Source: Blastocladiella emersonii ATCC 22665
Lineage: Eukaryota > Fungi > Blastocladiomycota
Reading direction: 5' to 3'
Assembly (NCBI GenBank): GCA_025594325.1
Contig: JANHCV010000003.1
Location: 744,001-808,000 of the forward strand
DNA length: 64,000 nucleotides
The position numbers and the translations under genes are program-made. The notes under the pieces are model-generated. The model had not been told where the DNA came from. It did no database searches and saw nothing but the letters and a program-made list of their open reading frames with translations. This document shows positions 1 to 10,090 of the stretch, piece by piece. Positions within the stretch are counted from its first letter, which is position 1. Each line of letters starts with the position of its first letter.

Positions 1-176
1 TGGCCAGCGCGGCGCCGGCGTCGGCCTCACGCGCGGCAAGGCCACCGTCGCGCGCGCCCAGGGTACCTACCCCTTTGACTCGGCTCGCGCTCGCGGTTGA
101 GGTCATGGACGTGCTAACTAACCGTGTGCGCGCCCGTGTAGCCCGCGGCCGCGGCATGTCGATGCGGAGGCACTAG
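1..176 (+). CDS. SMD3: 3' end of snRNP core protein SmD3 (partial; exons <1..62 and 142..176)
   Basis: Splicing the intron at 63..141 (GTACCT...GCTAAC...TAG) gives GQRGAGVGLTRGKATVARAQARGRGMSMRRH*. This matches the SmD3 C-terminal RG tail (G-x-G-L-x-RG-K/R-AT-V-x-RA). Confidence 0.75.
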   Translation, partial: ASAAPASASRAARPPSRAPRVPTPLTRLALAVEVMDVLTNRVRARVARGRGMSMRRH

Positions 177-596
177 GCCGTGGTGACGCGACTCGCACTC
201 GTCGCTGCACCGCATCCTGCTGTCTCGGGCGTCCTCGCCGCCACCATTGTATTTAACACGCTGTTTTGAATGATCCTCTCGCTGCTCGCTCGACTTGGTC
301 TCTTGCCCGATTCTGCCGATGCAGCCGACGGCTCTCGTACGCGACGATCGCGGCCTCGTTTGGGATTCTGCCGCTGCTCGACCATGATCTTTGACCGTGA
401 ATAGCGCGCTCGCTGCCGCGGGCCCGACGCTGCCGGCGACTGAGCAACCGTGGACCTTGCACCGAGCCTTGCCGCCGCGGCCACCACCTCGTCGATTCTT
501 CGCATCCCCGTCGACCAGTCTCACTCCCACGCAACGGTAGATTGTTCCGGCATGTACGGAAGCCCATGGTGACTGTTCGAACCGCTTCGCGTTGTG

Positions 597-910
597 TGTC
601 CAACGTGTTCTCAGTGACGGCCCGTTCCGCGAGATGCCGCGCCGGCTCACGACGCAGAGCTCGGTCCCGTGTGACATCCTAATCGTGCGCGACTACACCG
701 AGTCCCTGTACATCAAGCAGGAGCGCCTCGAGACGGATCCCGAGATGGGCCTGTTCGTGGCGTACGCGACGCGCCGCATCTCGGAGCGCACGACCCAGCG
801 CGTCGCCCGCGTCGCCTTCATCATGGCCCGCGCCCGCGCCGCCGCCCGGCCCGAAGGGCGCTCGTGGTCCCCGCGTCCGCCCACATCCACGGTGTGGATT
901 ACGAACAAGT
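597..910 (+). pseudogene. Degenerate fragments of homoisocitrate/isocitrate-isopropylmalate dehydrogenase (LYS12-like)
   Basis: DILIVRDYTESLYIKQER...VAYATRRISERTTQRVARVAF...TVWITNK resembles the conserved D-x-x-IVRENTE-x-LY...ATxRISE...TVTHK block. An SNV/LSDGPFRE piece (KSNVLS-x-x-DGLFRE) lies upstream across a frameshift. No ATG start and no complete domain. Confidence 0.6.
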
Positions 911-942
911 TTACTCATAATCTGCATCGCCGGACAGCACAG

Positions 943-1932
943 TTACTCCTGGGCAGCTTGGTCTTGCAGGTACGTGTCGATGATGGCCGCGACGTCGCCG
1001 AACGCGGTTGAAGCGGCGTTCGAAATATCAGCCGCGGCCTTCTTGACCTCGAGGAGCGCCTGCTCGGCGACCATGCACTTCTCCTCGAAGTCGGACTCGA
1101 GGGCCTTGAACTGCTCGGAGCGGTTCGACGCCTCCGACTTTGCCCGCACGAGCTTGGTCATGGCGTCCACGGCTTTGTGCTGCTCAGTCAAGAGCTCGTC
1201 CTTGTGCTGCGCCACGATCGCCTTGCGCTCGGCGGCGCTCTGCGCCACGAGCTCGGCGCGCTCGGCGGCATGCTGGGCCACGATCGCGTTGCGCTCGGCG
1301 GCGTTCTGCGCTACGAGCTCGTCGCGCTCCGCTTCGACCGCCGCGACGCGGTTGATGAGTTGCACGATGACGTTCTCGGCGGTCGACGCAAAGTGTAACA
1401 CCGAATATCTCGCTTCGCGGCCGAGCTTCTGTAGCGTGACGTCGATTTCGCTGCCGCCACCTCCGTAGACCAGTTGCTGCGCCGTGTTAAAGAGCTGCGA
1501 GCCCATCCCCTGGAGTTGCTGGATTGATGCGCGAGCAGGTGCATGAGCCACAGCGGCACGGTCCACGATGGCCACGAGTGCGTCGAGGACGTCGCGCGGT
1601 AACTGAATGAGCACGGGCGCCGAGACGCTTGAATCCATGGCGGGGAGCGCGGCCTCGGTGGTGACGGTCGGCGGCGCAGCTGCACCGCCCGCCGACGTGT
1701 TGGCGCTCGTCGCGGACCCCGCGGCCACGTCGATCAGACCCGCCGAGGCGGGCACAGGCGGAACGGCCGAAACCCCACCGGGAGTCGCGGGCTCGGTATC
1801 GGCAGCGGCGGACGGCGTAGCCGCAGCACTCGTAGGTGCGCCAGCGGGCGGCATGGCCGTGGCGCTCGACGCGCTCGGCGGGCCGGGCGAGACGGGTTCC
1901 GATGGCGTCGGCGTGATCAGAGTAGATTCCAT
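943..1932 (-). CDS. Hypothetical protein (329 aa): Ala/Pro/Thr-rich N-terminus, C-terminal coiled coil with 11-aa repeats
   Basis: Open frame from ATG at 1932 (MESTLITP), preceded by a (CA)n tract; GC3-rich codons; ELVAQNAAERN/AIVAQHAAERA/ELVAQSAAERK/AIVAQHKDELL repeats. Confidence 0.7.
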   Translation of the reverse strand: MESTLITPTPSEPVSPGPPSASSATAMPPAGAPTSAAATPSAAADTEPATPGGVSAVPPVPASAGLIDVAAGSATSANTSAGGAAAPPTVTTEAALPAMDSSVSAPVLIQLPRDVLDALVAIVDRAAVAHAPARASIQQLQGMGSQLFNTAQQLVYGGGGSEIDVTLQKLGREARYSVLHFASTAENVIVQLINRVAAVEAERDELVAQNAAERNAIVAQHAAERAELVAQSAAERKAIVAQHKDELLTEQHKAVDAMTKLVRAKSEASNRSEQFKALESDFEEKCMVAEQALLEVKKAAADISNAASTAFGDVAAIIDTYLQDQAAQE

Positions 1933-2789
1933 AGTGTGTGTGTGTGTGCGTGTGTATGTGTGCGTATTCGAGACGCCGAGGTGATCAGAGAGCCGCGCCA
2001 TGAGAGTGAGAGTTTGTAGCGGTAGTCCGGCGGGTGCAATTCAGCGAGTCGCTGCGCGGTGGGAGACTCAAGTCGATGCGGTCTGGCAAAACAGGCCAGT
2101 CGTCCGAGGCAAAAAGATTGTCTCCAGTTCAAAAACACGTGGCGGAAGCGACGCACGCGTGCGAGACATCTCTGCCCAACGGATACGTGTTTCATATTCT
2201 TGCGTGGTCCCGAATTAACGCGGGGAACCTTGGCGTCCTGAGCTCTAGAAGAGAGCATTTCATGTTCCCCCACGTATCAAGCCGGACCAGCGGCGGGGAG
2301 ACGGGACGGGAGACGCGCTGCGCCACACACGTGTTCCATCAGGTTCTGGCTCGCTCCTCACGGCCCGGCGCCACGCAGCGCTCATACAGCCGCGTGCCGG
2401 TACCATGAACGAAGGCGACGCTATGTGCGCATGAAGTCGAACGGGAGCTCGCTGGCCCAACAGCGCGCTCAAGCGAGCTCGATTGAAGCAACGCGAACAC
2501 AAACGCGACTGAGGGCCAAGGACTAGCGTAAGACAGTTCCCTCGGTGCAACCGCCCGTTCAGCCCGGTCCTTCGCCGATCGTGAGCCCGTGTACCGTCTG
2601 CTCAGTTTCGGCGGTTCACGGCTTACGTCGAGGGACTCGCCGCTCAGGTTGCGGCGGACGACTGCAGGGTGCAGCGGCCACCTCGGATCACATCCCGTCC
2701 GCCACCAGAACACCATATGCTACATGGGTTTCCTTCGCGCGTGTAAAGACCGAGTGGAGAAAGGCACACGAGCCAGGCGCTCCTGCAGT

Positions 2790-5401
2790 CAGAGGGCGGC
2801 ATCGAAGTGGGAGACGGCAAGCCCTACTAGGCTCGTGACCGCGGGTCAACGTGGCGCGTGAAAGCGACGCGTCGGCGGCGCCGCCTGCGCGGCCACTTCA
2901 CCACTCCTCTCCTCGCAGCCGGCAACGTGCGGACCACGGTCGCCTCGATGAAACTCTCACTTTATGAATAATACACGACCTCTTGCGATACATGATACAC
3001 TACTCCTTGTACGGCCCGTAGTGGTGAATGGATCGGAGCTGCGCCGACACGATGATCCCATCCTTGGCGAGGTCGAGCTCGGCCTGTGGGCCGACGCTCT
3101 TCGGCTTGTTCTTGCACTGGCGCTTACTGCCGTGCTCCTCCCGCTGGCGCCCCGCGTCGATACCGAGCTCCATTGGCTCGACGCTGGCCATGCGCTTCGC
3201 CGTTGAGCTCTTGGCGCCGGGCCCGTTGGGCCGCATCGCCATGGTGGCGCGCCGTATGATCTCGTTGAGGGACCGCTCCGCCACGAAGAAGTTGGGCCGG
3301 ATCGGCGCACCGTCCTTTGTCTTGACCGGACCCCGCCATGTCGGCCGGTCCTCGTCGTATCCCGCGACGGACAGCTCGTGCACGTTGTCCTCGTCGTCGG
3401 ATCCCTCTTCTCCTCCGCGCGCGCGTACCGCCGGTCCGGACACTGCAGGGCCAGTCGCGGCCGAGGATGCCGCTGCCGCTACCGCCGTGGACGCCGCGTG
3501 CGCTTTTGCGCGCTTGGCTTCGCGCCGGTTCGTGTAGCTCGCGCGGCGACTCTGCCCGGTCGTCATGAAGCCGAGCTCCTCGATCGTCAGCAGGTTCTGG
3601 CGCTCGAGCTCGTCGTACTTGGCCATCATCCGCACAATCTCGGTGGCCATGCTCAGCTTGAGCCCGCGGCCGTCGCGGTTGCCGATGGCCTTGATTAGCG
3701 AGAAAAAGCACTCGACGATGTTGGTGCTGAATGCGCGCAGGATGGCCCAGAGCGGCTTGTTCTCGTCGACCTCGTCGTGGGCTAGCTTGACGAGGAACTC
3801 GACGGCGAGGACGAGCATCATCAGGGCGATGCCCGTCTCGAAGTTGAGCCCGTTGGACAGGTCGTTGCGCCGTTTATTGTACGCGACGGAGAACATGCGC
3901 TCGGCCAGCGACTTGAAGAGCCACTCGCGCACGGGCACGAGGAGCTCGCGCATCTGCTTGAGCGCGAGGTCTGGATCGTCGTGGACGTCGTACAGCGACG
4001 TGATCGCCGTGGCCGCACGCTCGTACTCGCCGACTGCCGCGGGGCCGACCAGGGCCGCGTACTCGTGGAGCGCGGCGATGACGTCGGGATCGAGCATACG
4101 CATCGCCTCCCGCTCGTTCTGCTTGTCGCGCTTCTCCCAGCGCACGTGGAAGGGCCCGCCCGGGTTCGCGATCCCGAGACGGCGGAGCGGACTCGATTCG
4201 ACGTCGAGCTGTGCGAGCACGCTCGGATCGGCCGTACGCCGCGCCTCGGCCGAGATCACGGGCACGGGCGCCTGCGCGCGCTTCGTCGTCTTCTTGTCGC
4301 TGCACTTGGACTCGTGCACCTGCGTCACGGAGCGCTTGAGGGCGGGGGAATAGTCCACGATCGGAATGAAGTCGCGCGCGTTGGGACCGCTCGAGTGCCC
4401 CCAGTAGCCGCCCTTCCAGGTCTCGGCTCCGTTGCGCGCGACAATGTCCATGATGCCGTCGGCGAGCAGCTCAATCAGGGACTCGCGCACGGGGACCAGG
4501 GCCTTGAGCGTCGCGGGGACGCCGTTCTCCATCTTGGTTTTTCCATTGCCCGGCACCTTGAGGGCGGCAAGCGCTTGAGCGAGCACGCGCTTCTTGACCA
4601 TGGCGCAGTCGGTCAGCGGCTGCTGCAGGTACCCGCCGGCTCGAAGCGCTTCTTCGATGGCGGCCTCGGACTCGAAGGTGCGCTTGCCGAACTCGGCGGC
4701 CGGGTCGATCGCGTTGGCGGGGACAGAAACTACGGCGGGGACTGTCGCGCAGGGTGCAGGGTCCGGGTTCAGGCGCCCACCTTCAGCGAGCGGGTGCAGC
4801 ATCGCTAGCTTCGCCGACGCGAGGTTGGGCCCAGCCAGCACCATGCAGCGCATGATCTCCCAGGAAAGGTCGACCGTTGCGCAGGGAGTGGTCGGTTCCA
4901 TGACGCCGAGCGCATTCGGCCCGTCCGTGATCGCGGTGATGATGGCCGCCGTGCCCTTGGGCAGCGTGACGTTGCTCGGCAAGACGCGCAGCGGGGGCTC
5001 GCCCTTTATCAGGCTCTCTCACCACCCCACCGCTTCAGCTCACGCTCTTTCGTCGCCACACGTCGAGACTCCCTCAAGATGCACCTGATCTGGTTGCTCG
5101 AAAGACTCGGGACGGCGTAGTGCAAGCAGCAGGGGGGTTTATATGATGTACAGGATACTCCGTCACAACACGCGGATCGCCGCCGCTACTTGACCACCAC
5201 GCCGGAACCAGCCGCCACCACGCCTCGTCATGGATTCGGCAGCGAGGAGAAGGGAATGCAGGCGGCAGCGGCGGGAGTGGCGCGTCGCGGCGGCTCGCGG
5301 TGAGCGGTGAGCGCGCCGACGCGTCGCTTTCACGCGCCACGTTGACCCGCGGTCACGAGCCTAGTGGGGCTTGCCGTCTCCCACTTCGATGCCGCCCTCT
5401 G
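2790..5401 (-). mobile_element. TIR DNA transposon copy 1 (2612 bp; 88-bp TIRs; 9-bp TSD TCCTGCAGT), P-element-like
   Basis: TIRs beginning CAGAGGGCGGCATCGAAGTGGGAG at 2790..2877 and 5314..5401 (one mismatch at 5366). TCCTGCAGT flanks both ends (2781..2789 and 5402..5410). Same length as, and near-identical to, 52036..54647. Confidence 0.95.
3000..4982 (-). CDS. Putative DDE transposase, P-element-like (copy 1; no ATG, 5' end uncertain)
   Basis: Inside the TIR element. Motifs AITDG, IVDYSPALK (DxxH-position), EKRDKQNEREAMRMLDPDVIAAL and FSTNIVECFFSLIK parallel P-superfamily transposase motifs. Confidence 0.7.
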   Translation of the reverse strand: MPSNVTLPKGTAAIITAITDGPNALGVMEPTTPCATVDLSWEIMRCMVLAGPNLASAKLAMLHPLAEGGRLNPDPAPCATVPAVVSVPANAIDPAAEFGKRTFESEAAIEEALRAGGYLQQPLTDCAMVKKRVLAQALAALKVPGNGKTKMENGVPATLKALVPVRESLIELLADGIMDIVARNGAETWKGGYWGHSSGPNARDFIPIVDYSPALKRSVTQVHESKCSDKKTTKRAQAPVPVISAEARRTADPSVLAQLDVESSPLRRLGIANPGGPFHVRWEKRDKQNEREAMRMLDPDVIAALHEYAALVGPAAVGEYERAATAITSLYDVHDDPDLALKQMRELLVPVREWLFKSLAERMFSVAYNKRRNDLSNGLNFETGIALMMLVLAVEFLVKLAHDEVDENKPLWAILRAFSTNIVECFFSLIKAIGNRDGRGLKLSMATEIVRMMAKYDELERQNLLTIEELGFMTTGQSRRASYTNRREAKRAKAHAASTAVAAAASSAATGPAVSGPAVRARGGEEGSDDEDNVHELSVAGYDEDRPTWRGPVKTKDGAPIRPNFFVAERSLNEIIRRATMAMRPNGPGAKSSTAKRMASVEPMELGIDAGRQREEHGSKRQCKNKPKSVGPQAELDLAKDGIIVSAQLRSIHHYGPYKE

Positions 5402-7075
5402 TCCTGCAGTCAGCCCGCTGCACGACGCGCCCGGCTCCCTGCCCTCCCCCCGCGCGTCTTCGCGCAGGGTGAGGAGAGCGACGCATGTTCAGGGACAAAG
5501 AGCATTGCAGTAGGTAGCAGGAACGTCATGGCGGATCCGTTTTGTCCACTCTCACATCATAGCAAGCATCCCATTTACGTGACACGCACGATTGCTCATC
5601 TGCGCGTGTCTGTTGGGGAGGAGACGCTCTCGGCCGTTGAGCGATTCAACTTGTTTCCGCAAACGGAGTTCTTCCGACAAGTAACTGCGCAAAGAGCAGC
5701 GTCACAGAATGAAGGTCCGCGTGCGAAGAACGGCCGCGCGGTTGCCGCGAGCAGAAGCGCGAGCATGTGCCGGGGCTCTGCCAGCTCGCAGCGAGCCGGG
5801 TGAAACCCCGGGGTCACTGGCGCGGGCTGAAACAAGCGCGTGACTGTGGCGCAACGCGAACTCCTTCAATGGCGGGGCGTGGGAACGCGACGCGTGCTCC
5901 GTGCAACGTGGAGGGGGTTGGCCCAACGGCAGATCTCCGATCTAGGTGGGGGACGCAGTGTAGGCATTTTGGGTTCGGGTTCGGGTTCGGATGAAATATC
6001 ACGGTTTGAGCGCAGATCGCGCATCCAAGAGGAAATTTGCTATCGACCACCTTTGCGTGGCCCTCATGGGGCCCGATTGTTGGGCGCGACTCGTCTCGCG
6101 TCTCACGTTCGCTTCCCGCCGCCGACACGCTCACACCGCGCGTAATCGGGCGCACACGAAGTGTCTCAACGCAGTCACATGATTGATTGACGTGTCTCGC
6201 ACTCGATCGACTTGCATGGCTTCCTCTAAACGGTTTGGCGGTTTGCAGAGCTCGCCGCTCATACAACTTCTTCGCTCGGAACGGAAAACCTGTGAACCTG
6301 ACGGTGCGCAAAATTCGTGCAAGGAGGCCCGTCGCGAGGGGTCCCATCACAAGGCGAGATACGTTGCAAATTGCGACAGTTCACTTACCCTCGAAAATCG
6401 GTGGTCCTATTTTTGAGGGTAGCGAGCACCATCGAGGGTCGCCGCGGGACTGCGACGGCCGTGCCGTTGCCGCTCACGACAGTGATTGGTGATGAGGGTG
6501 GGTAAAATGTTCCGCGGTGGCTGTTAGAGGTGAAACGGATCAATAGTATCCTATTATGCGCAAGCCCGTAGGATTTGGTCAGGTAGCGGAGGAAATTAGG
6601 CAAGCTCCTGTACAGCCGCGCACTTGAGTGGTCGCGGGGGTCAATGGCCCAAATCAACCCTGTGATCATGGACGGCGAGCGGGCGCTTGAGAAGGCGCTC
6701 GGGAGCTCAGATCACGGACTGATTTCAAATTCAGCAGACTGCCGAATGTACTGATTTTACTGTCCAAGTGCGCAGATTCATGGAGATGCGGCTCACCTCG
6801 ATGATACTACACGTACGGCGGACGAGGGCTGAGTAAAGCCAGGGCGGGCAAGTTGATGGAACATATAATCCCATGTAGTGGAGACTGTACTATTTGTGAT
6901 CATCTTCAAGTTTGCTTGGACGACAACAAACGCATACAGTCAGAGTGAAGCGAAATAGTTGCCGCGTGCCGTCACAACACCCGCCGACGATGAGTGGCTT
7001 GGTCGAGTCGTTGCCCGCGCTCGGCCTCCCGACCACCCGCGCTCTCTCTCTCCACGGCTGCTGCTGTGAAAATAC

Positions 7076-7636
7076 TTGGTATCGCATCGTTTTTATGTGC
7101 AGAGCGTAATGCATCAAGAACACATTCCAAACGTTACCGACGGCACGCGAGGCGCTGTCCCCGACCAACAAACAACATGCGCTCCTCCAAACGGACAAGG
7201 GACTGCATCTGACGCAGGGTGGCAGTGCCTGAGTGGTGACAAGCTTATTTCAGCTCAACTTTCCGATTTATTTGCTCGCAGTTTTATCTTCCAAAGCACA
7301 ATTTATCGAGTCAGCGAACTTTTAAGCTCGTTGGAAGCGTTTGCGCAAGCTCTTCGCGAAATCGTCCCACAAGGTTCAAGCAGTGGGGACACTGTCATGG
7401 AACAACTCGGAGCTATCTCTCACCAGCTTTCGTGCACCCGGCTTCGGCTCAACGAAACGGACGTGATGCTGAACATGCGCATAGGGGAATTGTGCCAAAT
7501 GTACAGCGCCAATGATTTCGAGCACCTTTCCGAACTTGAAACCGAGTTCCGTGCTGTGGAAGACGCCGTCCCCGTTCTTAGTCAACAAGTTGGGCGGATT
7601 AACGACGAGTTGACAAGTTTTCGGCGCGTATTCTGA
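7076..7636 (+). CDS. Orphan helical/coiled-coil protein (~186 aa), low GC
   Basis: ATG-initiated open frame in noticeably AT-richer DNA; amphipathic heptads; ungapped similarity to 28049..28636. Confidence 0.55.
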   Translation: MVSHRFYVQSVMHQEHIPNVTDGTRGAVPDQQTTCAPPNGQGTASDAGWQCLSGDKLISAQLSDLFARSFIFQSTIYRVSELLSSLEAFAQALREIVPQGSSSGDTVMEQLGAISHQLSCTRLRLNETDVMLNMRIGELCQMYSANDFEHLSELETEFRAVEDAVPVLSQQVGRINDELTSFRRVF

Positions 7637-7821
7637 CGGTCTCGAAGAAGAAGAAGCGTCCTTGGCGCGAAAATATACGGTTCATTTCGATTGTTTTGCG
7701 TCGTTTCTGTACCATCCGCAAGCAAATATCCCTCCTCCGCGGTGAACATTGATGACTTTCTCCTGGCGATCGATACTGTAATAGAATATTTATTATCAAA
7801 TATGGCAGAAAGGTCAAAGGA

Positions 7822-9463
7822 TCAACACGAAATGTCCAAGCCTGAACATTTGGCCACCTTGTTGGCAGCCGCTCTGGTCACCTTGGTCCGACCCAGGCGG
7901 ACCCGCACGTTGATGTTGAAGGGCCACGTTGTTTCAATATTGTACTTGCGAAGTTTGAGAAGCGCGTCGATGATTGCACTTGTGACCGGGTTACCCGTCA
8001 GGTCGAGCTCCATGATCGGCGCACTGAACCACTGCGGTAGGAGAGCCAGGTCGTCGTCACCAAGGCCGCAGCGTGTCATATTGATGCGCTGGACCTTGGC
8101 CACGCCCATAGCGAGAAGGAGCATGCGCATCGGCATCAGCTCGTTGCGCTTCACGTCAGTGATCGAAAGCCTGATCAGGTTTGCTGGCAAGTTGGCCGCG
8201 AGCTTGACCATGCTCTCGTCGCCCAAGCCGCATTTCTCGAGGAACAAGGTGTAGAGGGATGAAGGCAGGAGCCCGGCAAGGGTTACGCCGCCCGCGTCAC
8301 CAAAAGGAAATTCAAAAAGGTCAAGCGAGCAGAAGGCCTTGGGAAGGTTGGGCAAAAGCGTAGAGAGGTCGGCCACGGTGAGGCCTGTTTTGCGCAACGA
8401 CAACGAGTGCAGCGCTGGCGGGAGAGATGAAGCGAGGCGAGCAATAAGCGGACAAGGGCAGCCACCGTTGGTCACGTCATCTCGGTAGAAGCGCGACTCG
8501 TCAAGAGCGAGCGTGGTCAGGGTGGCGGGAAGGTCCTTGAACAGCTCGGCCGCGTCGCCAAGCCGCGTCAAATCGTAGCTGACGATGCGGAGCGACTTGA
8601 TACCGGGCGGCAGGATGCTCCGCAGCGGGACCACACCCTGCGGCTCCACGCGCGACTGCTGGAAGAAGACCTCGGTGACCGACTCGGGGAGGCGAGGACT
8701 GGACTCGTAGTCGTAGTGGGGCGCGTCCGCATCGTTGTGGCGGAAGTTGGTGAAGATCAACTGGCGGACTGAGGCGGGGAGCTGCAGTCGCCGCGCGAGG
8801 CCAACGCCCATGTTGACGCGGTTGAAGCCGAGCGACGTGGCGCACTGCGCCGGCGACGCGAGAGCCGCATTGAGAGCGTTGATGCCGACCTCAGTCAGTC
8901 GGCCCGGCCCAATTTCAAAGAATGGGCCCGACTTGCCCGACACAAGGTCGTCTGTCCGTTGGAGAACCTCCGCGTCCGCGGGCTCGATGGGAGGTTTGGA
9001 CTGCGCCTACATCAGACAAGGGTCAAGACGCAAGGGAACAAGCTCGGAGTGCAGCTGCATGAACGCGTGCCCTCAGTGCGCGAATGCCGAGCGTTGCCGC
9101 CGCCAGCGAGGAACGCTTGCCTTCTACAAGGAGAGGCAGGCCCGAGTCGCGCCACCAGTCAAGGACCGCAAAATGCATGCCCTGTTCAGCGCCCTTGATA
9201 GCTTCTGCCGTGTAGTTGAGTGGCAGGCCGGACTGCTTCCACATTTCGAGGCCGCTGACGCAGCCCCTCGAGCTCAACACGTCCATGTGCAGCTGCTCCG
9301 AGCAGCGCCAAAGAATTGCGCGGGCGACGGCGGGCATATCGGCGCGGCGCATGACACGAGCATACTGCGCGAGCTCGGCCAGGTTGCTGTTCGGGTGCCA
9401 GCGGACGGCGTAGCAAAGCGAGCGCTCGATGACATGCGGCAAGTTGAGTTCGTTGCAATTCAT
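7822..9463 (-). CDS. Ankyrin-like repeat + RNI-like LRR protein (525 aa; exons 9463..9071 and 9006..7822)
   Basis: Exon 1 has VSGLEMWKQSGLPLNY and HFAVLDWWRDSGL ankyrin-like repeats. Exon 2 has LPxxLxxLxL LRRs (LPPALHSLSL, LPSSLYTLFL, LPANLIRLSI). A 64-nt GC-AG intron (GCACGC...CTGAT GTAG) joins them in frame. Confidence 0.75.
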
Positions 9464-10090
9464 TGCTGCAGCGTGTCATTGATGAGGTAGTGAAAGAGCG
9501 GTGGCCGAGGTCGGCGAGCCGTTTTGCGGTGGAGTTGGCGCAGCCCGGTCAGTGCGTGTAATGAAGTATGCGCGAGACATCATGCGAGACATCACGTGGG
9601 CCATGAACTTCAGATCTCGCTGATGGCGAGCACGACCAGCACCACCTCACCCATCCAGTCCAAATTGAGTTAACTGGGCGCAAGACGACTTCGGAGACAA
9701 CGTTTCTAAAACTATCGGCCGAAGTTCACGTCGTGTTCCGACGAAAGACCAATGGCACGTCTACTATGGCCGCGGCGGGGAAACCTTCACAAAACCACCT
9801 TTTGAATACCTAGGCTCTAGTCCAGGCACCTTCAAGCCTGCTGGGTTGCTGGCCGGGGATCCGATGGACGCGTTGGAGGAGCCGGTGGACGCGTTGCGCG
9901 AACTGATGGACGCGTCGCGGCGGTCATGTGATGTTGCGGCAATTTCGGTTTCGCGACGCGTCGGTCGGCCCGCTCGCGCGCTTCTCACCGCCGCGCCGAC
10001 CTCCGACCTCGATCGGCCGGCTCTCCGCCAATTATTCATCCCCCTGCAACGGCAACGAACCAACGCAAGCAGACGAATCCCACCCCTACG

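Noticed and set aside
173-505. Membrane-protein remnant on the plus strand
   Set aside because: A hydrophobic-looking frame with several stops, but no recognisable family; too weak to call.
2781-2789. 8-bp TSD with a one-base-longer TIR
   Set aside because: The bases flanking copy 1 (T and T) are not complementary, so the TSD is 9 bp.
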